Notes: generated by a model from the letters alone, not told the origin. Shown: positions 8,655-18,757, counted from the stretch's first letter. The stretch is DNA of 58,125 nt from a virus (IMGVR_UViG_3300035703_000105:1-58125); one strand, 5' to 3'. Program-made: numbers and translations.

Positions 8655-9108
8655 TCCGTCCCATCTCATAGATCGGATCTCCTCCATAGGGAGGACGGTG
8701 CCACCAGAAGGCTTTATCAATGACATCAACGTTCCAATCTGGGTGGTAGCGCAACCAACGGGACCAAGCACGAAACTGTGCATCAGGTTTCTTGGATGTG
8801 CAATCTAAAAACAATGCGTCGCCAGGTTCTAAGTTCCATCTCATTAACAGGACCTGGCGAAATCCTTCTGTAATTGTTTTGATTCCGCTGCGACCACTAA
8901 TTTGATTGTGAAGATTGACGCTGCGTTTATTCTTCTTCCTTTTGTCCCAATCGTTTAGTTGACGCTTTGATTTACTGATTGCAAACCCAACCTTCCACAC
9001 CCAACGACCAGCATTAAATTCTTTAATTGGTGTTAAGAACACTTTGCAATACTGGTCGTTGATTTTAAACGTAGTAGTGCTACGCTTGCGGCATACTCGA
9101 TATGTCAT
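8407..9108 (-). CDS. Hypothetical protein
   Basis: Long ORF with globular composition. Confidence 0.55.
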   Translation of the reverse strand: MTYRVCRKRSTTTFKINDQYCKVFLTPIKEFNAGRWVWKVGFAISKSKRQLNDWDKRKKNKRSVNLHNQISGRSGIKTITEGFRQVLLMRWNLEPGDALFLDCTSKKPDAQFRAWSRWLRYHPDWNVDVIDKAFWWHRPPYGGDPIYEMGRIIPVVPEDPLAPLVDEQYFACFRVDFHPGVLEDMLQSMVQKSNQSDPVQSHYIVDSNQTEEIQSNLDHPHQAGDQTLQQASG

Positions 9109-9111
9109 GGT

Positions 9112-9393
9112 TTGGACGACCTTATTGATACCATTCAACGTGACCCAGATCTATGGGAGATCGTTGAAAAGTTAAAGAACCCAGATGAGGATCTGGAAGA
9201 TTTCCTGTTCAGCTTAGCTCATATGCTGTCCATTGAGTTCCAAGAACTTCATAAGACAGATCTTTCTGACAAGCTTGCATCTTTGTTTGGAGGTCTTCCA
9301 GATAAGGCCGTGATTATGGCACCGTCGTTGCTGCACATTGCTTTGGATATTTTCCTAATGCGTGCTATCCCACAGATTGAGGAGGTGTCTTGA
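9112..9393 (+). CDS. Hypothetical protein
   Basis: ORF track. Confidence 0.55.
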   Translation: MDDLIDTIQRDPDLWEIVEKLKNPDEDLEDFLFSLAHMLSIEFQELHKTDLSDKLASLFGGLPDKAVIMAPSLLHIALDIFLMRAIPQIEEVS

Positions 9394-9629
9394 CAATGCA
9401 GCGCGGTTATGTTCTTTGTAATACTGATCTATCGAAAGTTCTTTGCCTCAGTGGTGACCGATCTGGTATCCAGTTGAAAGAAGTGGATAGTACAAAGGTA
9501 CTGAACAAAGCTATTTGTTTGTCGGACTTGACAGAGATCAAGAACATCTTAAGGATGTTTAAGGATCAGGAGCTGACTGGCGACCTTGAGATTGTTAACG
9601 TGGCTCGTCTCTACAAAAAGTTCTTCTAA
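9390..9629 (+). CDS. Hypothetical protein
   Basis: GGAGG RBS upstream; precedes DNA polymerase. Confidence 0.55.
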   Translation: MTMQRGYVLCNTDLSKVLCLSGDRSGIQLKEVDSTKVLNKAICLSDLTEIKNILRMFKDQELTGDLEIVNVARLYKKFF

Positions 9630-9641
9630 AGTAATCTCATT

Positions 9642-11489
9642 ATGAGACTGGTTGTAGACCTTGAGAGCAATGGGTTGCTGCCCAAGATGGACACGATCCA
9701 TTGCATTGTTTTGCGTGACCTGGACACAGATAACGTTATCAGTTGTGCTGATCAGCCTGGCTACCACAGTCTTGAGACTGCTTTGGATTTCATTCGGGAA
9801 GCAAAGTTACTTGTTGGCCACAACATAATCAAGTTTGATTTACCTGCCATACGAAAGATTTATCCAGGGTTTCAATTACGTCCTGATGTTTCTTTCTATG
9901 ACACGTTGGTGGTTAGCCGCGTTATGTGGCCTGAGTTAGAACCTATTGACTCCAGTAAGTTCTCTCATATTGAAAAGAAATACTTTGGTCGGCATAGTTT
10001 AGCAGCTTGGGGTGAACGTCTTAACGTTTCCAAGATTAAATTTAAAGAAGAAAGTAAAAAAGATAATGATGAGATAGAAGATGTATGGGCTCAATGGACA
10101 GAGACCATGCAAACATATTGTGAAGGTGATGTACTTGTCAGTACTAAACTATATGAATACCTTTCTTGTCAAGAGATTGATGATCGTTGCCTTGAACTAG
10201 AGCATGAATTTGCTTTGGTCATGGCACAGCAAGAAGGATTTGGGTTTCCCTTCAATGAAAAGGCAGCCTATGCGTTGGTCAACACGCTCAAAGCTCGACG
10301 CTCTGAGCTTGAGGATCGACTCCAAGAAACTTTCCCGCCAATCCAGGAGGAACGCTGGTCGAAAAAAACTGGCAGGCAACTTAAAACAAAGGTTACGGTA
10401 TTCAACCCTGGTTCCAGACCACAGACTGCTGAACGTCTTAAGGCCAGGTATCCAGAGATTGAGTTTGAATCAACTCCTAAAGGTGGCCCCAAGGTTGATG
10501 ACGATGCTCTTGAAACTCTGGGTAAAAAATATCCAGAGGCTAAGCTCTTGGCTGAATACCAACTGTTTAACAAGATACTTGGTCAAGTTGCTGAAGGTAA
10601 AGAAGCATGGTTAAAGCACTGCCGCCTTTATAACGATGGCCGTATTCATGGCGAAGTTATTACTAACGCTTGCATTAGTGGCAGATGCAGCCACAAACGT
10701 CCCAATATGGCCCAAGTCCCCAGTGTTGGTCACGCTTTTGGAGCTGAGTGCAGGGCTCTGTTTTACGCTCCTGATGGTTGGGTGCTGGTTGGTGCTGATG
10801 CTTCTGGACTAGAGCTGAGAGCCCTTGGAGCATGGCTTGCCTACTTTGATGACGGTGAGTACGCCAGGCTGGTCAGCACGGAAGGTTTTGACATTCACAC
10901 GCACAACGCCAGCCTCTTTGGGATCTATGATGGCCAGGGAGAAATCACTAAAGCAACACGTGATCTTTCGAAGCGGCTTATTTATTGCGTCCTCTATGGT
11001 GGCGGCGCAAAGAAAACTGGATCAATCATTGCACCGGATCTCAGTGAAGACGGACAGTATCGACAGGGTAAAAAAACTATTGATACTTTCTATCAGAACC
11101 TTCCTGCTATTAAAGAGCTTAAAGATCTCATCGAGAAACGCATTACGGAGCGTGGTTACCTTACTGGCATTGACGGCAGACGGTTACAGATTCGCTCTAA
11201 ACATTCAGCACTCAACCAACTTCTCCAGTCAACAGGGGCCGTATCAGTAAAGAAAGCTACAACAATTCTGTATGATGATTTAACAAATGAAGGTTTAGTG
11301 TTTGCAAAAGATTGGGGATTTGTTGCACATGTGCACGATGAATACCAAGCTTTAGTTAAGCCTGAGTACGTTGATCTTTATACCAAGTTAGCTATTGATT
11401 CTTTCCGTAAATCAGGAGAGTACTTTCAACTTAAATGTCCTTTAACTGGTGAAGCAAGGACAGGTAAAAATTGGATGGAGACTCACTAA
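9642..11489 (+). CDS. polA: Family A DNA polymerase (T7 gp5-like) with 3'-5' exonuclease
   Basis: DLESNGLL, GHNIIKFD, DASGLELR (motif A), RDLSKRLIYCVLYG (motif B), HVHDEYQ (motif C). Confidence 0.97.
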   Translation: MRLVVDLESNGLLPKMDTIHCIVLRDLDTDNVISCADQPGYHSLETALDFIREAKLLVGHNIIKFDLPAIRKIYPGFQLRPDVSFYDTLVVSRVMWPELEPIDSSKFSHIEKKYFGRHSLAAWGERLNVSKIKFKEESKKDNDEIEDVWAQWTETMQTYCEGDVLVSTKLYEYLSCQEIDDRCLELEHEFALVMAQQEGFGFPFNEKAAYALVNTLKARRSELEDRLQETFPPIQEERWSKKTGRQLKTKVTVFNPGSRPQTAERLKARYPEIEFESTPKGGPKVDDDALETLGKKYPEAKLLAEYQLFNKILGQVAEGKEAWLKHCRLYNDGRIHGEVITNACISGRCSHKRPNMAQVPSVGHAFGAECRALFYAPDGWVLVGADASGLELRALGAWLAYFDDGEYARLVSTEGFDIHTHNASLFGIYDGQGEITKATRDLSKRLIYCVLYGGGAKKTGSIIAPDLSEDGQYRQGKKTIDTFYQNLPAIKELKDLIEKRITERGYLTGIDGRRLQIRSKHSALNQLLQSTGAVSVKKATTILYDDLTNEGLVFAKDWGFVAHVHDEYQALVKPEYVDLYTKLAIDSFRKSGEYFQLKCPLTGEARTGKNWMETH

Positions 11490-11600
11490 TTACTTTTTCT
11501 TTCCGCCGTTCTTTGCTTTACGGGCATTAGCATTACCGCTATTTTGTTTAGCGTTTTGCTTTGCAGTAGCAACAGACTTTTTGTTCTTTGCTTTTGCCAT
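11490..11600 (-). CDS. 36-aa lysine-rich basic peptide (not in ORF track)
   Basis: MAKAKNKKSVATAKQNAKQNSGNANARKAKNGGKKK, GGAG RBS and TAAAATA upstream. Confidence 0.55.
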   Translation of the reverse strand: MAKAKNKKSVATAKQNAKQNSGNANARKAKNGGKKK

Positions 11601-11644
11601 GTGAATGCTCCGTGTGATTTTTATTTTAGTATGCGTAACTACGT

Positions 11645-12964
11645 TTACCTGCTGATTTCTTCCCAGTCCATTGATGCGTAGATGTCAGCGCCAGCTGCAT
11701 CAGATGCCACAGCTAGGGTTATTTCATAAGAAGATCCAGTTAAACCGTTGCGTTCTAATTGAAACGAAAACAAAGCTTCTTTTAAAATGTCAACAGCTTG
11801 ACTACCTTGGTTTGATCCATTGGTAAAACCAGAAGCAAGAATGCGACCACCTGCAAAGCTTGATCCTGTTCGGTTGTATTCCACAGCTGAGTTAGTTCCT
11901 GCACTAACCCAGGTGCCGCCAGTGGTTGTACCGCTTGCAATAACCTGCCAGTTGTAGTTGGCGTTATTGGTAATCCCCATTATGGATAGCGCAGTAAGAA
12001 TTACAATTGCATCTAGAAAATTAGGAGATGCTTTTAAGCGTAAAGAAATTATTGGATAGTAGGTATTGACAGTTGTTAAATCTCTTGGGGATCCAATTGG
12101 AGTTTCAATAGATTGTTGTAAGCCACGTAATTCATAACCGCCTTCTGAGATTGCAGTAGAACAAACTTGTTTTAATGTGCTGGACGTAGCAGTTGTTCCT
12201 GTGTTTTCAATCTCGTAACGAAGAGGTAAAGATGCAGTAGTAATATAAGTGCTTGCAATTAAGTTGGCATGGTTAAATGAATGGCAATGTATGAACTGCC
12301 CGTTAATTATAAAGCCAACGCGAACAGTTCCTAAACCTAACCACTCAATATCCATCCAAAGGATTTGAGATTTAGAAGGATCTAATGTTAACTTAGAAGG
12401 ACCTGTTCCATCTAACTTATCAACATTCCAGTTGGCTTGAGTGATTACTGATTCGGTAACAACGCCAGTGACTAAACTTCTTTCAACAAAAGCAACACTG
12501 TTCGCACCTGTCCCATCAACCTGAAAATAGATTCCATTATCAGCACCATAGTAACCACAACGTTGCCTGAGGTTAGCCTTGGCTGCATTGAATGCAAACG
12601 TATTCAGAACAAGTAAAGATTTACCAGGCTGATAAGAAAATACTTTTGTTGTTTCACGAATAACTTTAGAGCCAGAAGTAGTGGTTACGTTTAAGTTGAC
12701 CAATCCTTCATTAGCACTGAAGACCGCAGCACCGCCTGATGCTGTTTGTGTTTCCCACAGACCGTTATCTTTATAACGATGGCTGGAGTCAAATAAGGTT
12801 AAAGGATTAGAAACACGTTGCCTACCAAAAGCATCTACTGCTGTAGATGTTGTGCCACTTGCTGTAGTTTGCGAAAGGCTTACGTTAAGTGGGCGTGTTC
12901 CCCAGTTTCTTACTTCAACTACTTCATATCTATTTAGATCGTCAGCTTCAATTACGGTTGCCAT
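11645..12964 (-). CDS. Putative virion structural protein (beta-rich)
   Basis: DAFGRQRVSNPLTLFDS...YQPGKS...DIEWLGLGTVRVGF pattern typical of cyanophage structural proteins. Confidence 0.6.
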   Translation of the reverse strand: MATVIEADDLNRYEVVEVRNWGTRPLNVSLSQTTASGTTSTAVDAFGRQRVSNPLTLFDSSHRYKDNGLWETQTASGGAAVFSANEGLVNLNVTTTSGSKVIRETTKVFSYQPGKSLLVLNTFAFNAAKANLRQRCGYYGADNGIYFQVDGTGANSVAFVERSLVTGVVTESVITQANWNVDKLDGTGPSKLTLDPSKSQILWMDIEWLGLGTVRVGFIINGQFIHCHSFNHANLIASTYITTASLPLRYEIENTGTTATSSTLKQVCSTAISEGGYELRGLQQSIETPIGSPRDLTTVNTYYPIISLRLKASPNFLDAIVILTALSIMGITNNANYNWQVIASGTTTGGTWVSAGTNSAVEYNRTGSSFAGGRILASGFTNGSNQGSQAVDILKEALFSFQLERNGLTGSSYEITLAVASDAAGADIYASMDWEEISR

Positions 12965-12967
12965 TTC

Positions 12968-13306
12968 TCAACGTGCCGAGTAGCTTAATGTCACAACAGC
13001 AGCAGTGCCGCCAGACTCGCTCAGGAAGTTGCCACGAATAAACTTCATTGGGCAACCACTAATATTGTAAACGTAAGTTCCGTTAGCTGTGATCGTATTA
13101 GAAATTAATGGACCATAGTTAGTTCCATCAATGCTTCCATCTAACCGCACAACCACATTGGTATTAATGTTTGTAACAGTTGCCACCAGGGCATAGTCAC
13201 ATGTTGAAAAGTAATTGTTTTCGTACACGCCGACAGCCGTGGTTGTACCAGGTGCTGTCAGGGCTGGTGCATTAAAAAACAGAGTGTCTTGGAAGTACGT
13301 GACCAC
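12968..13306 (-). CDS. Putative small structural protein
   Basis: T/G/V-rich, VRLDGSIDGTNY. Confidence 0.55.
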   Translation of the reverse strand: MVTYFQDTLFFNAPALTAPGTTTAVGVYENNYFSTCDYALVATVTNINTNVVVRLDGSIDGTNYGPLISNTITANGTYVYNISGCPMKFIRGNFLSESGGTAAVVTLSYSAR

Positions 13307-13545
13307 GTTTTTTTAATCTTATTTTCCTATTGCAATTCTAGGGGAACTGAGTACAGTGCCCCTGGTGCTTGCCTTTCCATGGAACCCCAGCGCATCCGCG
13401 ACATCAAAGCTTCCCTCAATGACATGACAATGGAGGAACTCCAGGTCATGAGCAATGATCTTGGCAATCTCATTTCAGTCTTAATGACACGCCAGGTGGC
13501 CATTGAAGATGAGATCTGTGATCGTCTTGAAACTATCTTTGCAAA

Positions 13546-14016
13546 ATGACTTCCCAGGAATTGAAATGGCATTGCCGGTTTATGAGACTGGCATTGCAAG
13601 TTTCAAAATGGAGCAAAGATCCCAGCACAAAAGTTGGTTGTGTTCTTGTCCGAGACAAGAAAGTTCTAAGCACTGGTTACAACGGTTTTCCTCGGAGAGT
13701 TGGTGATGACCTCAATCGACTTTGTGATCGAGACATCAAGTACGAGATCACAGTCCACGCTGAAGTTAATGCTGTTACAACAGCTGCACTTCACGGCATC
13801 AGTACTGAAGGGGCTACTGCTTACGTCACTTTCAATCCATGCTCTCGCTGTGCTGCTGTACTGCTTAACGCTGGCATTGATGCCGTCTATAGCTACGCAG
13901 GTGCCGACATCCCTAACCGTTGGTTAGAAAACTTCATACTTGCCAGCCGGCTCTTTGCTGAAGCTGAGGTAAAGTACGACACTATTGATCCCAACTCCTA
14001 CCCGGAAGAATCATGA
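13546..14016 (+). CDS. dCMP deaminase
   Basis: SKDPSTKVG, GYNGFP, HAEVNA, PCSRC. Confidence 0.95.
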   Translation: MTSQELKWHCRFMRLALQVSKWSKDPSTKVGCVLVRDKKVLSTGYNGFPRRVGDDLNRLCDRDIKYEITVHAEVNAVTTAALHGISTEGATAYVTFNPCSRCAAVLLNAGIDAVYSYAGADIPNRWLENFILASRLFAEAEVKYDTIDPNSYPEES

Positions 14017-14762
14017 ACACTTTGCTTGCCACCGGATCTTACGTTGGTGAAAAATACTTTGACAACGGTTTACGTTTTATTCAGATTAACTTGCCAAAGG
14101 TAGGTAACGCTGGCAGTCCTGTTCCTCTCTTTGTTGTTCCAAACAAAGCAGCAGGTGAAACCTTTGATGCGTTTCAACCAGGTGCCAATCTTTTAATTGG
14201 CGGTCGTCTTTATCCAAACCGTCAGGATTACAAGATGTACATGGTTCCTAACCAGTTGATTCAACTTATTCCAGGTGGAGTCAATATCAACCAGGTTAAT
14301 CTTGCGGGCGGTGTTGGTTTTATTCCAGAACAGAATCGTGAGGATTTGTTTACTTTCTCACTGATGTGTTCGGCGCCGGCACAGCAGATCCTTGGTCACA
14401 CCTGGGATGACAGTCTTGCTTTCCGTATGGAAGCTTGGGGTGATGATGCAAAGCGTATGATCAATAATCTGCATGTGGGACGGCAGATTGCTGTAGAAGG
14501 TAAGCTCCGTTACAACACCTGGACCACACAAGATGGTCAACAGCGTGGTATGTATCAGGTGCGTGTGCGCTCAAGCATGTACGCCTTCTTTGGTAAGAAC
14601 AAAAAGAAAGAAGAACAAAGTGAATTAAGGACAGTAACAACAGGAGATCGGTTTGGAGCGCCACAAGCTGTTGTGGTTGAACCGTATCAATCATCTGTTG
14701 TTTTGCCTCCTGTCAACAATGAGACGACCGCACCGGTCAACCCTGACGAAGTGCCCTTCTGA
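14013..14762 (+). CDS. ssb: Single-stranded DNA-binding protein (tandem OB folds)
   Basis: GRQIAVEGKLRYNTW; acidic C-terminal DEVPF tail. Confidence 0.85.
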   Translation: MNTLLATGSYVGEKYFDNGLRFIQINLPKVGNAGSPVPLFVVPNKAAGETFDAFQPGANLLIGGRLYPNRQDYKMYMVPNQLIQLIPGGVNINQVNLAGGVGFIPEQNREDLFTFSLMCSAPAQQILGHTWDDSLAFRMEAWGDDAKRMINNLHVGRQIAVEGKLRYNTWTTQDGQQRGMYQVRVRSSMYAFFGKNKKKEEQSELRTVTTGDRFGAPQAVVVEPYQSSVVLPPVNNETTAPVNPDEVPF

Positions 14763-14940
14763 TTAGTTTTACTAATGAGTAAGGTTTCAGTTGAGCGTTC
14801 TGTTCTCGACTAGTCTAAGTCTGGTGGAGAACCGTGGACTGTGTTTCCTGGCGCAGTCCTTTCATCCCCAGGTGAGCACCAGCATTTGCTGTTCAGGTGC
14901 AACTCCTGCTCTGGGGACCCGTCCAAACGCATTGACTGTA

Positions 14941-15861
14941 ATGTCTGTTCTTGATCGTTACAAAAACACTGAAAAGTATCAAGGAGTCCTGAGGGAATTC
15001 TGCAACTGTCAGATTCTTAATGACAAGACCAAGTGTGGTCTGTTCTTGAAAGATACTGTTCTCACCAGGATTGGTTGGAGCGGTACTTCTGACATGTTCC
15101 CTGATGCAGAAGAGTATGAGCACACCTACAACAATGGTGACTCAAACAAAGGGATCTTCTTTAAAGCTCCCCGTATGGTTATTCTTCATTGCGGTTTCCG
15201 CAAAGATGTAACCTTCATTGAAAATTCTGATAAGGGTGGCATCGAGGGTATCTATCCTCGTGACTCTTATCTGTACGATGACTGGCAGGAGAAGCACCCC
15301 AACAAGCCTTCCCCTTACAAGCGTCGCCGTCTTGTCTTGACCTTCCTGGTCGATGAGAATGGCTCGCCAGTCCATAAGAAGCCGCTGCTCCTGTCCATCC
15401 ATGGCGGTGCATCGAACCTGTTTACCGATGCTTATGGCACCTTCATTGAGCAGCTGGAGTCAGCTTTCGCTGAGTACGCTGGTCTGAAGGGTGGTGCAGG
15501 CTTTGACCCCAAGCAAGCTGCTGCTGCAATCTTTACGCCTACGTTTGGTTCCCAGCTTTATGGTGAAGCCAACAAGAGCTGGATTGCTTTCCCTAAACAG
15601 TGGGTGGTTCCGACTGCTAAAACTGTTGAGAATTTCTTCCCCAAAGGAGAAGAGGACATTGATTTCATTGAAGAGGTGTGGGAAACCTGCCCTCCGGAAG
15701 TGTATGCCAAGTCTTTCTTTGATCAGACAGCAAAGGAAATTGGCTACCATGCTATTAAGCCTGGTCTAGATTTCACTCTGCCGCCTGTTGAATCGACTGG
15801 CTCCAGTGCTCGTGTCCTGTCTTCGGCTCGTGACCCGGAGACCGGTGAGATCGAGCTTTGA
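14941..15861 (+). CDS. DUF5895-like protein
   Basis: YKRRRLVLTFLVDENGSPVHKKPLLLSIHGGA resembles the cyanobacterial DUF5895 family. Confidence 0.6.
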   Translation: MSVLDRYKNTEKYQGVLREFCNCQILNDKTKCGLFLKDTVLTRIGWSGTSDMFPDAEEYEHTYNNGDSNKGIFFKAPRMVILHCGFRKDVTFIENSDKGGIEGIYPRDSYLYDDWQEKHPNKPSPYKRRRLVLTFLVDENGSPVHKKPLLLSIHGGASNLFTDAYGTFIEQLESAFAEYAGLKGGAGFDPKQAAAAIFTPTFGSQLYGEANKSWIAFPKQWVVPTAKTVENFFPKGEEDIDFIEEVWETCPPEVYAKSFFDQTAKEIGYHAIKPGLDFTLPPVESTGSSARVLSSARDPETGEIEL

Positions 15862-15885
15862 GCTAAGCTCTTAACGGAATGTTCG

Positions 15886-15910
15886 ACCGCTCCTTCGGGG
15901 GCGGTTTTTT
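15886..15910 (+). terminator. Rho-independent terminator
   Basis: ACCGCTCC-TTCG-GGGGCGGT followed by T run. Confidence 0.9.
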
Positions 15911-16154
15911 ATTCCTCGTAATAGGTTTTGATTACATCAGCCTCCAGGTTGGCAAGTCGTGCAATCAAACTCCTAATGATAGCTTGGCGATGCACAGCTA
16001 GCTGAAGAAGTTTTAATGCACCTGCTCTTAAAACATCTGGATCTTTTACCGCTTCCAATTCTTTTGTAAGCTTTGCCATGAGGAATTCATCTTCCAAAGA
16101 AAGATCAAAATCATCAGGACTGAATTTAAATTCAATTAGTTCAAAGCCAGACAT
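15909..16154 (-). CDS. NblA-like helical protein
   Basis: LSLEDEF...LLQLAVHRQAIIRSL resembles the NblA LSLEQxF helix-loop-helix. Confidence 0.45.
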   Translation of the reverse strand: MSGFELIEFKFSPDDFDLSLEDEFLMAKLTKELEAVKDPDVLRAGALKLLQLAVHRQAIIRSLIARLANLEADVIKTYYEE

Positions 16155-16277
16155 CTTGGCATGGCATAATGTTCAGTCTAAACATTGAACACTCAGCGTC
16201 AAGTAACTATTGTTACTGTGCTTGACACCACAGGCTAAGAACCTAGACTGGCACTGCCTTTCCAGCCTTGACCTACA

Positions 16278-16409
16278 ATGGCTAAGAAATCCTTAAGCGG
16301 AACCATCCACAAAGAAGCTGTTCCCAAGCGCACCTCTATTGGGCATGGGCGGCGCAAGCGTGGATCATTTAAGAAACAGAAACAGTACAGGGGTCAAGGA
16401 AAAGGATGA
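16278..16409 (+). CDS. 43-aa basic protein ending YRGQG (not in ORF track)
   Basis: MAKKSLSGTIHKEAVPKRTSIGHGRRKRGSFKKQKQYRGQGKG. Confidence 0.6.
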   Translation: MAKKSLSGTIHKEAVPKRTSIGHGRRKRGSFKKQKQYRGQGKG

Positions 16410-16420
16410 GGCGTCGAACA

Positions 16421-16615
16421 ATGTCTAGCTCTTCTTCTAACTCTGGTGGCCTTGGTTTTGTGGGGATGCTTCAAATCCTTTTTATTGGATTGAAGCTTAC
16501 TAACTTTATTGCTTGGCCTTGGTGGCAAGTTATGTTGCCAACTATCATTAGTTTTTCTATTTTCATTGTTTGTTTAATTCTTGCTGCTATTTTGCTTTTG
16601 TTTATAGATAAATAG
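16421..16615 (+). CDS. Small membrane protein
   Basis: GLGFVGMLQILFIGLKLTNFIAWPWWQV, two hydrophobic helices. Confidence 0.7.
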   Translation: MSSSSSNSGGLGFVGMLQILFIGLKLTNFIAWPWWQVMLPTIISFSIFIVCLILAAILLLFIDK

Positions 16616-16678
16616 TAAGCAGTTAACCGACCTGGAGGATGTCGTTAAAAGCCTCACCTGCACACACCACTGACCGTA

Positions 16679-17545
16679 ATGAACGTAACTGAAGCGCTTC
16701 TTTCTGATGCGCAGCGTCTTGTCTATGGCAGGCGCCGTATCATTGACACCCTTTACGAACAGGACCCAGACAAGTTCAAGGTTCTGCAAGCCACTGACAT
16801 TCAATCCGTTTCACTCCAGGATGATCTGGTTTGTTTGGATCTAGCAGACACTCAACTCTATATAGAGAGGGAAAAAGTCCTCAAAAATTTTTGGGAGCAT
16901 CGTACACGTACTCCTTCCTACTTTGATTACAAGATCTGGAGCCAAGCTTTAACGTCACGTCCTTGGCAAGGAACCCCAGTTGCAGCTTTGGATTACGGTC
17001 CGTCTCCAGCATTAGATGCTTTGCAGCCAGTTCTTGGTCGTCCTCCTCGTATCCAAACAGACAAAGATGGGGTGCAGAAATTATATTTTGTGATGGAGAA
17101 AGAGGAGATGTGTAGCTGTGGATCATGGGATCAATTGCACACACATCGACAAGAATTGAAAGAAGAGTTTGAACGTTATACAACTATTCAATTCAAACCT
17201 ATTTGCAAACATTTGCAGTGGTCTTCTGCAAACATGATGCTTCATGCTTTACGCTTTGAAGCTAGAGAAAAAGATCGTGAATATAATCCTCGCATTTGTG
17301 TTTACTATTTTGATCATCGTCGTGGTTTGTTACTGTATCGCGTTACTTATGACGGTTTAAAAGATAAAGGTCAGTGGCTACCTGTCAGTGGTTGGAAAGA
17401 GAAAGCTGTTTATGACAGCAATCACATGCCAACAGGTGCTTGCTGGGAAATGTTCTCCAATGCTTTGACCCAGGATCCACCTTTCAAATTGTCTCCGTAC
17501 TCACAGACCCTTGGAGCCCTTATGAGTTCTACGCGTGCCCGGTAA
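16679..17545 (+). CDS. SWIM-type zinc finger protein
   Basis: CSCGSW...ICKH. Confidence 0.6.
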   Translation: MNVTEALLSDAQRLVYGRRRIIDTLYEQDPDKFKVLQATDIQSVSLQDDLVCLDLADTQLYIEREKVLKNFWEHRTRTPSYFDYKIWSQALTSRPWQGTPVAALDYGPSPALDALQPVLGRPPRIQTDKDGVQKLYFVMEKEEMCSCGSWDQLHTHRQELKEEFERYTTIQFKPICKHLQWSSANMMLHALRFEAREKDREYNPRICVYYFDHRRGLLLYRVTYDGLKDKGQWLPVSGWKEKAVYDSNHMPTGACWEMFSNALTQDPPFKLSPYSQTLGALMSSTRAR

Positions 17546-17614
17546 ATAAAACACGTTTTTGAGCAGCAAAACAAATTTTTAATCACAACCAGCAAACCAA
17601 ACACGTTTCTGATC

Positions 17615-18208
17615 ATGGCTGACAAACTGAGTCTCATTCAAATTGCTGAGTCCATTCAGCACATTGGTTTCCTTAAGGACATGCCGGACATCCCTGAGGA
17701 TGAACGGGCCATGCTGGAGCAGCACCTTGCTGATCTTGCTTCTCGCCAGGAATCCAAGTTTGATGCCATCATTGGCATGATTAAAAAGTGTGATGCTTAC
17801 ATCGAAGCATTGCAGAACGAGTTGAATGAGATCAAAGATAATCTTGATGCTTGGAAAAAGAATCGAGAGAAGATGGTTTCTATCATTAAGTTTGCTTACC
17901 AGCAGAACCTGATTGATAACAAACCAACTGGCGTCAAATACCAGGCGACTATCCGAAAGGTTAAGGCCAGGCTGGTGGATAATTTTGAGCACTGGGAAGA
18001 AGATGATCGCAATGAGTTTGGTTTGAGAAAAACCACAACCATTACGCGTATCAAAGACAACACAGTGCTTGACGTTAAGCAAGAGGATCTTCCTGATAAA
18101 GATCGAGTGCGCCAGGAATTGGAACATGATTCAGGTTCAGCACCAGGTCCTGCTCAACTGGTACCTGGATTCTCGTTTGCTTATGAGCGTCGTAAGCGTT
18201 TAAGCTGA
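17615..18208 (+). CDS. Siphovirus Gp157-like coiled-coil protein
   Basis: KLSLIQIAE...[12 protein letters not shown]...coiled coil. Confidence 0.6.
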   Translation: MADKLSLIQIAESIQHIGFLKDMPDIPEDERAMLEQHLADLASRQESKFDAIIGMIKKCDAYIEALQNELNEIKDNLDAWKKNREKMVSIIKFAYQQNLIDNKPTGVKYQATIRKVKARLVDNFEHWEEDDRNEFGLRKTTTITRIKDNTVLDVKQEDLPDKDRVRQELEHDSGSAPGPAQLVPGFSFAYERRKRLS

Positions 18209-18249
18209 GGGAGATACCAAAGAAGGTTTAAACCTGTTATAGTTATGAA

Positions 18250-18680
18250 GTTCCCCCTCTCTTTTGATGGGGCTCAGTTGGCCGCTGATGCGCCGGGGAC
18301 CCATTTGGCAAGCGCGAAGGCTGGGTGACTCGCTAGGCAGATAGCCTAGAAGGAGAGCCCAAGATAGAGGTGCAGTCACTGTCTGGATACGCCTGGTTAA
18401 CTCACAGCCCGATTGTCGGTACGCCAGTTACACTGCATCCGTCTATATGGCGGGTAGCCCAAGTAGAGGCAGCCAGGACAACTGGAACTTAGTCTGGGTG
18501 CAAGTCCCAGTCCGCCCCCCTTAGGGTGTAACAAGGAACGTTGCATTAAACAAAAGATCCCCTCGGCCGCATCGTAGATTCACCGTTAAGTTTGTGGTAA
18601 CACAGCCCTAGCGATGGTCGGTGAACGTAGGCGGACATCCTTGCCCTCGGTTCAGGCGGCGTCCGATAACGTCGCCCCAC
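18250..18680 (+). ncRNA. Cluster of structured non-coding elements including a tRNA-like element at 18449-18517
   Basis: TGTTATAGT extended -10 at ~18235; helices CCTCT/AGAGG, GGGCTC/GAGCCC, CTAGGC/GCCTAG, TGCAGT/ACTGCA, TTCACCG/CGGTGAA. Confidence 0.55.
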
Positions 18681-18756
18681 CACCCAGTCCGAGCCAATTG
18701 GATAGGACGGCACCTGCTGCTGCAGGGCGATGCGGGTTCGAATCCCGTCTGGGTGC
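18681..18756 (+). ncRNA. tRNA-like element with non-canonical anticodon arm
   Basis: Acceptor CACCCAG/CTGGGTG, T-arm GCGGG-TTCGAAT-CCCGT; anticodon arm CCTGC-TGCT-GCAGG has only a 4-nt loop. Confidence 0.6.
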
Positions 18757-18757
18757 T

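Noticed and set aside
9642-11489. Intein or intron in polymerase, primase or thyX
   Set aside because: Frames are continuous and of normal length, with no intein motifs seen.
18614-18757. N-terminal extension of the 18614-18937 ORF
   Set aside because: Runs through the tRNA-like element; the ATG at 18758 is the more plausible start.
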